NCBI GenBank assembly: GCA_963818525.1
Contig: CAWFSO010000002.1
Span: 1,097,337 to 1,161,336, forward strand
Reading direction: 5' to 3'
Source: an uncultured Rikenellaceae bacterium
GTDB lineage: Bacteria > Bacteroidota > Bacteroidia > Bacteroidales > VadinHA17
Length of the DNA: 64,000 nucleotides
Below, piece after piece: positions 33,520-43,179 of the stretch. The notes under the pieces were generated by a model, which ran no database searches, had not been told where the DNA came from, and worked only from the letters and a program-made list of their open reading frames with translations. The translations under genes and the position numbers were made by a program. How positions within the stretch are numbered: position 1 is the first letter of the stretch; each line of letters starts with the position of its first letter.

Positions 33520-35286
33520 ATGAGATTTCTTTTCATATTACTGGTCATAATTGCCCTGAACTCCTGCGCCGGCACCAGGCGACAGGCAGCCATCACTCCC
33601 GGTGAACTCACCCAGCTTGCCGGGCGACTGGCTTCGGACGAGTTTTCAGGCAGGGGAACGGGCACAGGCGGAGATTCTCTGGCCGCACTTTTTATAAGAG
33701 ATGAGTTCACCAAAGCCGGGCTGGATCCGTTCACCGGCAGCGGACTTCAACCCTTCAGGGTGAATGTGGCTGTTGAGACCGGTGAAAGAAACAGGCTCAT
33801 CATCAACGGAAGCGAATACCTCAGAGACACTGACTTTGCACCCCTGGCCCTCACCTCAAACAGTGCCCTCAGTGCCCCTGTGGCCTACTGCGGATACGGT
33901 TTCATGTCTTCGAACGACTCGTTGCAATGGAATGATTTCAGGGATGTTGACATCAAAGGCAAATGGGTGCTGATGCTCAGGGGTTATCCTGAATCAAACC
34001 CTGCCGCAGCAGGCTATGCGGATCTGAGCTCAGACCGGATGAAAGTTCTGAATGCCAGGGAGAACGGGGCAGCCGGGGTGCTGCTTGTCTCAGGCGAAAA
34101 GTGGGATCCTTCGGACAATCTTGATAAGCCCGCACGCGGCGAAGGGAGGGCAGGGATACCAGTACTGCAGGTAAAGAGAAATGTGGCTGATTCCATACTC
34201 AAGACTTCAGGTACAACTATAAAAGAAGTTGAAGAGAGAGCGATCGCCATGACTGCAACAGGCAGTTTTATCACCCTGTCCGATGCTGACGCAGAGGCAG
34301 AGGTGATTGCCAGGGAGGCCGTCACTTCAAACGTGGCAATGATGCTCAAAGGTTCAACCCTTACAAATGAATATGTTATTGTGGGAGCACACTATGACCA
34401 CCTGGGGATGGGCGGACCCGGCTCATCGAGCAGAACTCCGGATACCATCGCCGTCCACTACGGCGCTGATGACAACGCATCAGGAGTGGCCCTGATGATT
34501 GAGCTGGCGGAGAGGCTTGCCTCCGGCAGGGATGGCCATGCACGAAACATTGTTTTTGTTGCTTTCTCCGGTGAGGAGATGGGTCTTCTGGGCTCCAAAT
34601 ACTTTGCAGAGAATATGGGAGTTGATCCCGCCAAAGTCAATCTCATGGTCAACCTTGACATGGTCGGCCGCCTGAGAGAGGGTAACGGACTCCAGGTGGG
34701 AGGCGTCGGAACGGCGGCAGGGCTTCGTGATGCTGTCGCCTCATTCAATGACACAACACTGCTTAGCCTCAGTTTCACCGAAGAGGGCTACGGCCCCTCG
34801 GACCACTCCTCGTTTTACGGGAAGGACATTCCGGTGCTTGTATTCACTACCGGGGCTCATCTCGACTATCACACTCCCATGGACACACCTGACAAGCTCA
34901 ACTATGACGGCATGGTAAGTATAGGAGATCTGCTGTACGATGTTGTAAGCTCCGCCGCCAATGAACCTGTCAGGCTGGCCTTCACCGAGGCAGGGCCCAA
35001 AGGTCCTGCTCAGTCAATGAGCCGCCGTCGTGGCGTAACATTTGGCATCATGCCCGATTTCGCAGGAAATGTAAAGAACGGGCTCAGGGCTGACTTTGTA
35101 ACGCCGGGCAAGCCGGCAGCACTTGGCGGAATGGTCAAGGGCGATATCATTGTGTCAATTGACGGAAAACCTGTGAATAACATCGAGGATTACATGTTCA
35201 GGCTTGGCCAGCTGAAGGCCGGACAAGTAGTCAATGTTGAGGTCATGCGCGACGGCAAGCGGGAATTGCTGATTATTCAGTTATAA
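33520..35286 (+). CDS. Exported M28-family metallopeptidase with PA insert and C-terminal PDZ domain
   Basis: HYDHLG, GADDNASGVA and SGEEMGLLGS zinc-ligand motifs. C-terminal PDZ-like GGMVKGDIIVSIDGKPV. Confidence 0.85.
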   Translation: MRFLFILLVIIALNSCAGTRRQAAITPGELTQLAGRLASDEFSGRGTGTGGDSLAALFIRDEFTKAGLDPFTGSGLQPFRVNVAVETGERNRLIINGSEYLRDTDFAPLALTSNSALSAPVAYCGYGFMSSNDSLQWNDFRDVDIKGKWVLMLRGYPESNPAAAGYADLSSDRMKVLNARENGAAGVLLVSGEKWDPSDNLDKPARGEGRAGIPVLQVKRNVADSILKTSGTTIKEVEERAIAMTATGSFITLSDADAEAEVIAREAVTSNVAMMLKGSTLTNEYVIVGAHYDHLGMGGPGSSSRTPDTIAVHYGADDNASGVALMIELAERLASGRDGHARNIVFVAFSGEEMGLLGSKYFAENMGVDPAKVNLMVNLDMVGRLREGNGLQVGGVGTAAGLRDAVASFNDTTLLSLSFTEEGYGPSDHSSFYGKDIPVLVFTTGAHLDYHTPMDTPDKLNYDGMVSIGDLLYDVVSSAANEPVRLAFTEAGPKGPAQSMSRRRGVTFGIMPDFAGNVKNGLRADFVTPGKPAALGGMVKGDIIVSIDGKPVNNIEDYMFRLGQLKAGQVVNVEVMRDGKRELLIIQL

Positions 35287-35306
35287 ACATTATCGACTCA
35301 GTCAAT

Positions 35307-36113
35307 ATGAAAAACTTCCTTTTCTGGACCATAGCCCTGCTCATAACAGTTGCCGCTGCAATGTATCAAAGGATGACGGGGCCCACATACCCCAAAAGAG
35401 TTGACGTGGTGCTTGATGGCACTGAATACCCGTTAAGCCTTAAGAGAAGCCAGACCAATACCCATCCCTGCATGATAAAGCTGGAAGTACCTTCTGATGT
35501 TGAAGGGGTGCTTTATTACAAAAGGTTCAGGATGAATGAAGAGTGGACTGCGGAGCCAATGGTGCATGACGGAACCGTCCTTGCGGGCGGGCTTCCCTCC
35601 CAGCCTGCCGCAGGCAAACTGGAATACTTCATAAGTCTGACGACTCCCTCAGGTGGCAGTGCGGATGTGGCAAGGGAACAGCCGGTGGTCATCAGGTTCA
35701 AGGGCAATGTGCCTGCCCTTGTGATGATACCACACATACTGATAATGTTCTTTGCAATGCTCCTCTCAAATCTTGCAGGCCTGACTGCTTCCTTCGGGCG
35801 TCCTGCCCAGAAGAGATACGGACAGTGGGCATTGTGGCTGCTGCTGGCCGGGGGAATGATCCTTGGTCCGGTAGTGCAGAAATATGCTTTCGGCGAGTTC
35901 TGGACCGGCGTTCCTTTCGGATGGGATCTGACGGACAACAAAACCCTTATTGCCGTTGCTGCCTGGATACTGGCAGTGATTATGAACAGGAAACGCGAAA
36001 AACCCGGTTACACCATTGCCGCAGCCGTTATCCTGCTGCTTGTTTATTCCATTCCTCACAGCCTCTTCGGATCTGAGCTTGACTATGTTTCAGGCACCGT
36101 AGGTCAGGGCTGA
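35307..36113 (+). CDS. Hypothetical membrane protein (N-terminal TM, soluble domain, about 4 C-terminal TM helices)
   Basis: Coding-like ORF 20 nt after the peptidase gene. No family recognised. Confidence 0.55.
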   Translation: MKNFLFWTIALLITVAAAMYQRMTGPTYPKRVDVVLDGTEYPLSLKRSQTNTHPCMIKLEVPSDVEGVLYYKRFRMNEEWTAEPMVHDGTVLAGGLPSQPAAGKLEYFISLTTPSGGSADVAREQPVVIRFKGNVPALVMIPHILIMFFAMLLSNLAGLTASFGRPAQKRYGQWALWLLLAGGMILGPVVQKYAFGEFWTGVPFGWDLTDNKTLIAVAAWILAVIMNRKREKPGYTIAAAVILLLVYSIPHSLFGSELDYVSGTVGQG

Positions 36114-36247
36114 AAATTTTTTTTATCCTCTGTCAGCTTTTTTTTACCTTGGATGCAGCATTCGCATGCAGCTATCGTCATTGAATTGAAGAGTTCAAAT
36201 ACGTGGGTGCAGCGTCAAACATACTTAAATCAGATCTTGAAATAAAG

Positions 36248-36820
36248 ATGGAAAATGTTGAAGCAGCATTCAGGAACATCCATCAGGACCTGATCGACGG
36301 TTGTCGGGCAGGAGACCAGAAGGCACAGTTCCAGGTTTACAAGCTTTACTACAAGGCTATGTTCAACACGAGCCTGCGTATAGTGAATGATGACATGGAA
36401 GCTGAAGATGTAATGCAGGAAGCGTTCCTCTCGGCTTTCGAAAAGATAAACACCTACTCGGGTACCGTCAGCTTCGGTGCATGGCTGAAGAAAATAGTGG
36501 TCAACAGATCACTTGACGTCCTGGGAAAGAGGAAAGCGATCTTTGAAGACATTGAAAATCACGCAGGGATCCGTGACGACAGCAGTGATGACGCTGCCTA
36601 CAGGGAGGAACTGGAGACTAAGGTTGAAGAGGTGAAAGCTGCCATTGAAAGGCTGCCGGAAGGATACCGCGTGATACTCTCTCTCTATCTCATCGAGGGT
36701 TATGACCACGACGAGATAGCAGAGATGCTCAACATCTCAAGCAGCACTTCGCGGTCACAACTGTCGAGGGCAAAGCAGAAGCTGGTGAGTGAACTTAAGA
36801 ACAAAAAAAACTACGCATAA
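36248..36820 (+). CDS. ECF-type RNA polymerase sigma factor
   Basis: Region 2 (DVMQEAFLSAF, WLKKIVVNRSLD) and region 4 HTH (YDHDEIAEMLNISSSTSRSQLSRAKQKL). ATG 36248 is preferred over GTG 36203. Confidence 0.88.
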   Translation: MENVEAAFRNIHQDLIDGCRAGDQKAQFQVYKLYYKAMFNTSLRIVNDDMEAEDVMQEAFLSAFEKINTYSGTVSFGAWLKKIVVNRSLDVLGKRKAIFEDIENHAGIRDDSSDDAAYREELETKVEEVKAAIERLPEGYRVILSLYLIEGYDHDEIAEMLNISSSTSRSQLSRAKQKLVSELKNKKNYA

Positions 36821-37383
36821 TGAATACACTTGAAGAAATAATCAAAAGAGGAAGAGGGGAATTTGACGGCAGGGAGCCGTCAGACGGCCACTTCGAGAGA
36901 TTCAGCTTTAAGCTTGCCACCAGGCTTCATGCCGGCAAAGCAAAGCGGAGCATTCTTCCGTACCTGCTCAAGGCTGCCGTTGTGACCCTGCTGGTGACAC
37001 TTTCATCACTCTGGACCTTTGACCACTTCGTCAGGCCGAACCTGAAGAAGACGATGACACTCAGTGAGGTTTCTCCGGAATACCGCGAGGTTGAAAATTA
37101 CTACGTCACGCAGGTAAGCTTCATGGAAAATGAGTTTACCTCCCTCGATCTGACGAATCCCGAGCAGAAGGAAGCCCTTCTGAGTGAGATGGCGTCAATG
37201 GATTCGGTCTATGTGGAACTGCAGAAGGAACTGAAGGCCAATCCCAATGACCAGCGCATCATCGATGCGATGATAAAGCATTACCAAACCAAGTTAGACG
37301 TGATGAGCTACATACTTGAACAGCTCAGACAGATAAAAGCAGAAACCGAAAATCCAGTCAGCCATGAAAAAGTCGTTATTTAA
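36820..37383 (+). CDS. Putative anti-sigma factor (single TM)
   Basis: TAATG overlap with the sigma gene, one TM helix (ILPYLLKAAVVTLLVTLSSLW), and typical position. The sequence itself is not diagnostic. Confidence 0.5.
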   Translation: MNTLEEIIKRGRGEFDGREPSDGHFERFSFKLATRLHAGKAKRSILPYLLKAAVVTLLVTLSSLWTFDHFVRPNLKKTMTLSEVSPEYREVENYYVTQVSFMENEFTSLDLTNPEQKEALLSEMASMDSVYVELQKELKANPNDQRIIDAMIKHYQTKLDVMSYILEQLRQIKAETENPVSHEKVVI

Positions 37384-38446
37384 CCGCAGGGTGTCATTGT
37401 TCGCAGCGTTGCTGTGCGCAGTCACCATTACAGCCTCTGCAGAAGAGGTAAAGAAGGAATTTCGCAGGGAGATGGTCCCAACCGATAACTCCACCCTCAG
37501 CATAATGAATAAGTTCGGGGCGGTGGTTACAGAGACATGGGACCAGAATAAAATCGTCGTTGATGTGACCGTCAAAGTTGAGCACTCGTCACCCGACAGG
37601 GCAAAAAAACTGCTTGATATGATCACCGTCAAATTCACAGAAGAGGGCGGCAACCTGACGGCGGAAACGATATTCAGCAACGACTTCTCATCGACAAGCT
37701 GGAAAGGCTCGAACAACAACTTCAGCATCAACTATAATATCAAGATGCCCGCCCATATCAATCTTAAAGTTGATAACAAGTACGGCAACACCGTGATAGA
37801 TGAGGTATCAGGGCACACCAGCCTGAATGTCAAGTACGGTGACCTCACTGTCAACAAGCTCACCAGGGGCAATGTCAAACCCCTCAACACAATCATCCTG
37901 GCATACGGTAAGGCATCAGTGGACGAGCTCGGCTGGGCAGAGATCAACGTCCGTTACTGCGGCATGTTCAGTGTGGAGTCGGCTACAGCCCTGCTGGTAG
38001 ACAGCAAGTATTCAAAGGTCTCTGTGACCGAGGTGAGTTCGCTGGTGGCTGACAGCAAGTACGACGGATATGTTGTCGGCAATGCCAATAACATTGTGCT
38101 GGTCGGGGGCTACACCGATCTCAACTTCAAAAAAGTGAACAAGAAGCTCGAGGTGGAGACAAAATACGGCAATCTCTCCGTTGACAGGATACCTGCCGGT
38201 TTTGAAAAGGTAACCGTTAAGGCAGGTTACTGCGCGGTGAAGCTGGGTATCGACCCGGAGGCATGTTACAGGCTTGATGCCACCAGCTCATACGGAAGTG
38301 TCAAGATTGATGATGTCAATTTCTCGCCTGACAGGCGGATCGTAGGCAACACCTCCACCGAGATGGCCGGCAAGGTAGGCAAGTGCAGCAATCCCACCTC
38401 CTCGGTGACGGTTAACGCCTCCTACGGATCAGTAAGGCTCTTTTAG
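37364..38446 (+). CDS. Exported beta-strand-repeat protein, DUF4097-like (putative adhesin fold)
   Basis: Signal peptide and repeated xKYGNxxID / KYGDLTV / SSYGSVKID / ASYGSVRL units. 20-nt overlap with the anti-sigma gene. Confidence 0.6.
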   Translation: MKKSLFNRRVSLFAALLCAVTITASAEEVKKEFRREMVPTDNSTLSIMNKFGAVVTETWDQNKIVVDVTVKVEHSSPDRAKKLLDMITVKFTEEGGNLTAETIFSNDFSSTSWKGSNNNFSINYNIKMPAHINLKVDNKYGNTVIDEVSGHTSLNVKYGDLTVNKLTRGNVKPLNTIILAYGKASVDELGWAEINVRYCGMFSVESATALLVDSKYSKVSVTEVSSLVADSKYDGYVVGNANNIVLVGGYTDLNFKKVNKKLEVETKYGNLSVDRIPAGFEKVTVKAGYCAVKLGIDPEACYRLDATSSYGSVKIDDVNFSPDRRIVGNTSTEMAGKVGKCSNPTSSVTVNASYGSVRLF

Positions 38447-38471
38447 ACGACTTGGACTATATTATCAATGC

Positions 38472-38506
38472 ACGCGGCGCCCCGGACAGAGCGCCGCGTT
38501 TTTTTT
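38472..38506 (+). terminator. Intrinsic terminator of the ECF sigma operon
   Basis: ACGCGGCGC-cccggacaga-GCGCCGCGT followed by tttttttt. Confidence 0.85.
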
Positions 38507-38591
38507 GCAGTGAGATTGCCCCACCAGGGTATTGTGTCTCCTTACATTTTCTTAGGATGTCTGGCGGATGAGCAGCCGAAGGCTGGTCTTT

Positions 38592-40520
38592 CTACGGGGT
38601 CAGCTTATCCGGTTCGTCTGAGAAGATGAACACTCCGCTGTCTCCTCCGGAGGTCTTATAACCGCGGTACATCCCTTCGGTATTGAACGGCATGGCAACG
38701 TTCCCTTTCCGGTCCACTGCCACCACACCGCCTGTTCCGCCAACCGGGGCCAGCTTACCATGAATCACCTCCCTGGCAGCTTCATCGAGGGTCAGTCCCT
38801 TGTATTCCATCAGTGCCGAGATATCATGCGCCACCGTATACCTGATGAAGAACTCGCCGTGGCCGGTGGCTGAGACTGCACAGGTGGCGTTGTTGGCATA
38901 GGTCCCTGCTCCTATCACCGGGGCATCGCCTACGCGGTTGTAGCGCTTGTTGGTCATGCCTCCCGTTGATGTTCCTGCAGCCAGGTCTCCGTTCATGTCG
39001 AGTACCACGCACCCTACGGTGCCGTGTTTTTCATCCTTAAGCGCTCTCTGCAGCTCGTTGTACCTCCTCTCGTCGCGGAAATATGACGGATCTACTATCT
39101 CCAGTCCCTTCTCAGCCGCGAACTCTGAGGCGCCTTTGCCGGTGAGCATCACGTGCGGCGATTTCTCCATCACGGTGCGAGCTGCGGTGATGGGGTTTCG
39201 TATGTCGGTGACACCTGCCACGGCGCCGGCGGCGAGGTTACTGCCATCCATGATCGAGGCGTCGAGTTCATTGCGGCCCTCATGGGTGAAAACGGCGCCC
39301 TTGCCGGCATTGAACAGCGGGCAGTCCTCCAATAGCCTGATGGTACGTTCAACCGCGTCGAGGGCCGAGCCGCCGGAAGCCAGGATGGCTGCGCCGGTAT
39401 CAATGGCAGCTTTCATCATGTCACGGTATTGGGCTTCGACCTCAGGTGTCATACGGGCACGGGTGATGGTACCGGCGCCGCCGTGGACAACGATGGCCCA
39501 AGGTGATCCGGCCTTCGGCAGAAGCAAATCTATCTCCATTATGGCCTTGATGGCGCGGTCAGAGAAGAAGTCGCCTGCGGGAAAGAGGGAGAAGCGGCCG
39601 GCACCTTCGTAATTGTCACTATCGATTACCAGTACCTCCTGCTGGTCATTGCGGTTAACTATCTCGCTCAGCGTGAATGCAGCCCGGTAGCCGTCGACAC
39701 CTGCAATGACCACCATCCCGTTGCGCAGGGCATCAGATGAGTTCTGGTAATAATCTTTAAGCAGATCCTGCAGCTTGCCGCCGGTGAAGGGAGTGGTGCC
39801 ATGGATTCCCATTCCGCGCCCATAGAAGACAGTCCGGTATGTATCGTTGTCAACTGACTCCGGCAGGCTGGCAAGGATGCTCCGCTGCTTCCCGTTGACC
39901 GATACCCTCATTGTCTCTGAGAACAACGGTGTGATATTCCTGTTGATGGTGTACTTGCTGTCAAGCGATCTGACGGTGATTTTCACAGGGTTGCTGATAT
40001 TCCTTGCAGTAACCAGGTCATTGCCAGCGACAATCTTTGTCTCTTCCGGAAGGGGCCACAGGTCTTTGGCTTTCGACGGCACTATCCGCGCCACGGAGGT
40101 AGCTATCAGCAGCCGGTGGCGGTTGACGGGGTAATAGATCTCGCCCCATGAGAAGGTGACACTCTCTCCCCTGTCGTTTGATACCTCTACATAAAGGTCG
40201 ATGATTGGCGGGAATTCCGCTTCATTTTTCTTCTTTAAGACAACCCTGTCAAGGATATCGTAGAGTGAGTAGCCGTCGTAGCGGTAGGCTCCGGTAAATC
40301 CAGTCTTCCCGTCTGTCAGCGTCGTCTCCTTTACGGTGATACTGTGCAGCGGCAGCCTTGAGATGTCTATCGTCATTTCCTTCCCTACCTCACCTGTCAC
40401 CAGTATCTTTTTACTGCCCTTCAGGGGGGTAGTGGGCGCATCATCATAGAAATCGTTGGTCTGGGCGCCTGCCGTCGCGATGAAGGCAAGCAGAAGCATC
40501 GAAAGGGTAATCTTCTTCAT
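38592..40520 (-). CDS. Exported fusion: duplicated N-terminal domain (aa ~35-335) plus C-terminal isoaspartyl peptidase/plant-type L-asparaginase (Ntn hydrolase)
   Basis: Signal peptide MKKITLSMLLLAFIATAGAQ. C-terminal half (about 38595-39503) has VVHGGAGT, HGTVGCVVLD (Thr nucleophile) and GTSTGGMTNKRYNRVGDAPVIGAGTYA. The N-terminal half is two homologous ~150-aa units. Confidence 0.8.
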   Translation of the reverse strand: MKKITLSMLLLAFIATAGAQTNDFYDDAPTTPLKGSKKILVTGEVGKEMTIDISRLPLHSITVKETTLTDGKTGFTGAYRYDGYSLYDILDRVVLKKKNEAEFPPIIDLYVEVSNDRGESVTFSWGEIYYPVNRHRLLIATSVARIVPSKAKDLWPLPEETKIVAGNDLVTARNISNPVKITVRSLDSKYTINRNITPLFSETMRVSVNGKQRSILASLPESVDNDTYRTVFYGRGMGIHGTTPFTGGKLQDLLKDYYQNSSDALRNGMVVIAGVDGYRAAFTLSEIVNRNDQQEVLVIDSDNYEGAGRFSLFPAGDFFSDRAIKAIMEIDLLLPKAGSPWAIVVHGGAGTITRARMTPEVEAQYRDMMKAAIDTGAAILASGGSALDAVERTIRLLEDCPLFNAGKGAVFTHEGRNELDASIMDGSNLAAGAVAGVTDIRNPITAARTVMEKSPHVMLTGKGASEFAAEKGLEIVDPSYFRDERRYNELQRALKDEKHGTVGCVVLDMNGDLAAGTSTGGMTNKRYNRVGDAPVIGAGTYANNATCAVSATGHGEFFIRYTVAHDISALMEYKGLTLDEAAREVIHGKLAPVGGTGGVVAVDRKGNVAMPFNTEGMYRGYKTSGGDSGVFIFSDEPDKLTP

Positions 40521-40602
40521 GGTAGGTTATTTCGTTATGCAATAATATACAATTCGGCCTGAGCAAAAGATGAAAATTATCAGGATGCACAAGGGGCATT
40601 CA

Positions 40603-43080
40603 TCAGATGTCGAGTTCCACCAGCGTGATTCCCGCTCCTCCCCTTTCAACATGTTCATCCATTGCGCTCTTCACGGCTCCGGTAGACTGGAGATACTGTC
40701 GTATCATCTGCCTCAGAATTCCATTGCCCTTGCCGTGAAGAATGCGAAGGCTTCTGTACTGTATCATCATGGCCGTGTCAATGAACTCCTGCACCACCTG
40801 CAGGGCCTCTTCGGTGCGCATGCCCCTGACATCGATCTCAGGATGGAACTGGTTTCTCCGGCTGGTCTGCGACCAGTCAACCTTCTGCTGAGGGCGGTTT
40901 TTTGCCGCTTCCTTAAGGTAGGCAGACGAATCCACCGGCTCGGTCCTGTCAATATCCACGCTCATTTTCAGGCTGCCGGAGACTATCTGTATCTTTTTTC
41001 CTCTTATCTCCGTCACCTCTCCCACGGTGTCCGTGCCTGTGATCTTCACATAGTCACCCGGCTTCAGTTTTCCCGGCTTCTTTTTTACCACCGGTTCCGG
41101 TTCCTTCTTCTTCGCTATGCGTTTCACTATGCTTGCGGCGGGTGTGTCCAGCGCAGGAGGACCTGGCACATGCACCTCCTGGTGCTTTTCTTCCACGGCC
41201 ATCTGTTCGCGGAAGGAGTCGAGTTCCTCCCTCACCTCTTTTGTCGTCTCCTTTTCAGCCTGTGCCTCGCGTATGGTGCGGATTGTGTTCTCGATCATCC
41301 TGTTGGTATCGCGGAGCAACTCCTCGGCTTTGCTTTTCGCCTGCCCGATGATCTCCTTCTTCTGCGTCTTGATGTCGCCCAGTTGTGTCTCGTATGTCGT
41401 TATCAGCTCCTCGAGCCGCTTCTCATGGCGGCGTACCGCCTCGCGCTTCTTCTCCCAGTAGCGTTTGTCGCGGGCAATCTCCCTGAGGTTACGGTCAAAA
41501 TCGACGTTGCCCTCTCCTGCCCTGGCGGCGGCGTCAGTGAGTATCTCATTGGGCAGTCCGATCTTCTTTGCTATCTCGAAGGCGAATGAGCTGCCCGGTT
41601 TGCCCTGGTCGAGCCTGAAGAGTGGCTGCATCAGCTGGTTATCGAAGGCCATGGCCCCGTTGATGATACCCTCCTGTGAGGTGGCGAAGTGCTTCAGGTT
41701 GGTATAGTGTGTGGTGATGACGCCCCATACGCCGCGGCCGTTAAGCTCGGCCAGGATGGCTTCGGCGAGGGCGCCGCCGATGACAGGCTCAGTACCTGTA
41801 CCGAACTCGTCTATCAGCACCAGCGAGCTTTTGTCGGCGTGCCTTAGCATCTGCTTCATGTTGATGAGGTGAGAGCTGTAGGTGCTGAGATCGTTCTCTA
41901 TGCTCTGCTCGTCGCCTATGTCGATGAAGAACCTGCCGAAGATACCCGTCTCGGTGCCTTCACCGGCCGGGATTGTCATGCCGCACTGAAGCATGTACTG
42001 TATCAGTGCCACCGTCTTAAGGCATACCGATTTGCCTCCGGCATTTGGTCCGGAGATGACCAGTATGCGGTCTCTGCCGTCGATGGTTATCGTTAGGGGC
42101 ACCACCTCCCTGCCGGCCGTACGGGCAAAGGAGAGTGTCAGCAGCGGATGGCGTGCGTTGACCCACCTGATGTGAGGTGTGCCGGCCACGGGTGGTTTAA
42201 TGCAGTGCAGCCTGACGCCGAAGAGTGCCTTGGTCCTGATGAAGTCTATCTCCGCAAGGAAATCGAAATTCCCCTCCAGGTCATCGATATAGGGTCTGAG
42301 GGTGTCAGCCAGGGCAGTCAGGATACGCACTATCTCGCGCTTCTCCTGGTGTTCCAGCTCGGTGATCTCGTTGTTCAGTTCCACCACCTCGGCCGGTTCG
42401 ATATAAACGGTCTTGCCCGTGGCTGATTCATCGTGTACAAAGCCCTTGATGCCCCTTTTGTTGGAGGCACTTACAGGTATCACTCCCCTGCCGTTGCGCA
42501 CTGCAACCGTGATGTCACGGTCAACGATGCCGTCTGCCTGGGCCTGCCGGAGGACGGAGTGAAGCTTTCTCACAGCCGCAAGGCTCTTTGATGCCAGGTC
42601 GGCACGGATAGTTTTAAGGGCCGGTGAAGCGCTGTCACGCACCTTGCCCTCCTTATCTATAATGCGGTCAATAGCCTCGGCAATAAAGGGATAATAAACC
42701 ACGGCACCGGCCATGGCGGAGAGCATGGGATACCGACCGTCTTTCCTGTTTTTGAAGAAGCCGATGATACGTCTTATTGTGTCAAGTGAACCCCTAAGGG
42801 CCACTACCTCCTCCAGCTCGGGGAAGGTGCCCTCTATGCGAAGCTTCTCGAGCATGGCGTGAGGGTCGTTATAGTTATCCGACGGGAATTGCTCGCCGTA
42901 GGAGAGTATCTGCTGGAACTCCTCCGTCAGTGATAGCCGTCTCTTTACCTCTTCCGCCGAGAAGGAGACCGCCATGGCTTCCACCCTGCGCATGCCTGCC
43001 GGGCTGAGGCAGCCGGAGTACAGATGCTCCCTTATGCGGTCAAATCCTATTTTGAGTTCGTATGTGTCGGGATAGATCAT
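40603..43080 (-). CDS. mutS2: Endonuclease MutS2 (MutS domain V ATPase plus C-terminal Smr domain)
   Basis: Walker A GPNAGGKS, DEFGTGTEP, and C-terminal Smr (LRILHGKGNGILR). Confidence 0.93.
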   Translation of the reverse strand: MIYPDTYELKIGFDRIREHLYSGCLSPAGMRRVEAMAVSFSAEEVKRRLSLTEEFQQILSYGEQFPSDNYNDPHAMLEKLRIEGTFPELEEVVALRGSLDTIRRIIGFFKNRKDGRYPMLSAMAGAVVYYPFIAEAIDRIIDKEGKVRDSASPALKTIRADLASKSLAAVRKLHSVLRQAQADGIVDRDITVAVRNGRGVIPVSASNKRGIKGFVHDESATGKTVYIEPAEVVELNNEITELEHQEKREIVRILTALADTLRPYIDDLEGNFDFLAEIDFIRTKALFGVRLHCIKPPVAGTPHIRWVNARHPLLTLSFARTAGREVVPLTITIDGRDRILVISGPNAGGKSVCLKTVALIQYMLQCGMTIPAGEGTETGIFGRFFIDIGDEQSIENDLSTYSSHLINMKQMLRHADKSSLVLIDEFGTGTEPVIGGALAEAILAELNGRGVWGVITTHYTNLKHFATSQEGIINGAMAFDNQLMQPLFRLDQGKPGSSFAFEIAKKIGLPNEILTDAAARAGEGNVDFDRNLREIARDKRYWEKKREAVRRHEKRLEELITTYETQLGDIKTQKKEIIGQAKSKAEELLRDTNRMIENTIRTIREAQAEKETTKEVREELDSFREQMAVEEKHQEVHVPGPPALDTPAASIVKRIAKKKEPEPVVKKKPGKLKPGDYVKITGTDTVGEVTEIRGKKIQIVSGSLKMSVDIDRTEPVDSSAYLKEAAKNRPQQKVDWSQTSRRNQFHPEIDVRGMRTEEALQVVQEFIDTAMMIQYRSLRILHGKGNGILRQMIRQYLQSTGAVKSAMDEHVERGGAGITLVELDI

Positions 43081-43179
43081 ATAATGCTCCTCTCAGCGCA
43101 AAAGTAAAGTTAATTAATGTTAATGCATCACGGGCATAAAATATATGACCCTATATTTATTCCGCTTAATCCAAAAAAA

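Noticed and set aside
38947-39612. 221-aa + strand ORF, plus similar 100-170-aa ORFs antisense to other genes (for example 8431-8928, 54495-54992, 31510-32094, 62514-63952)
   Set aside because: All are embedded antisense in genes with strong family signatures. They have Ser/Pro/Ala/Arg-rich low-complexity translations and no start context or promoter box.
40570-41589. 339-aa ORF on the + strand, the longest ORF without an obvious function
   Set aside because: It lies entirely antisense to the well-supported mutS2 gene. Its translation is low-complexity and rich in Leu/Arg/His/Cys with no motif. It is the typical mirror-frame artefact of a GC-biased coding region.
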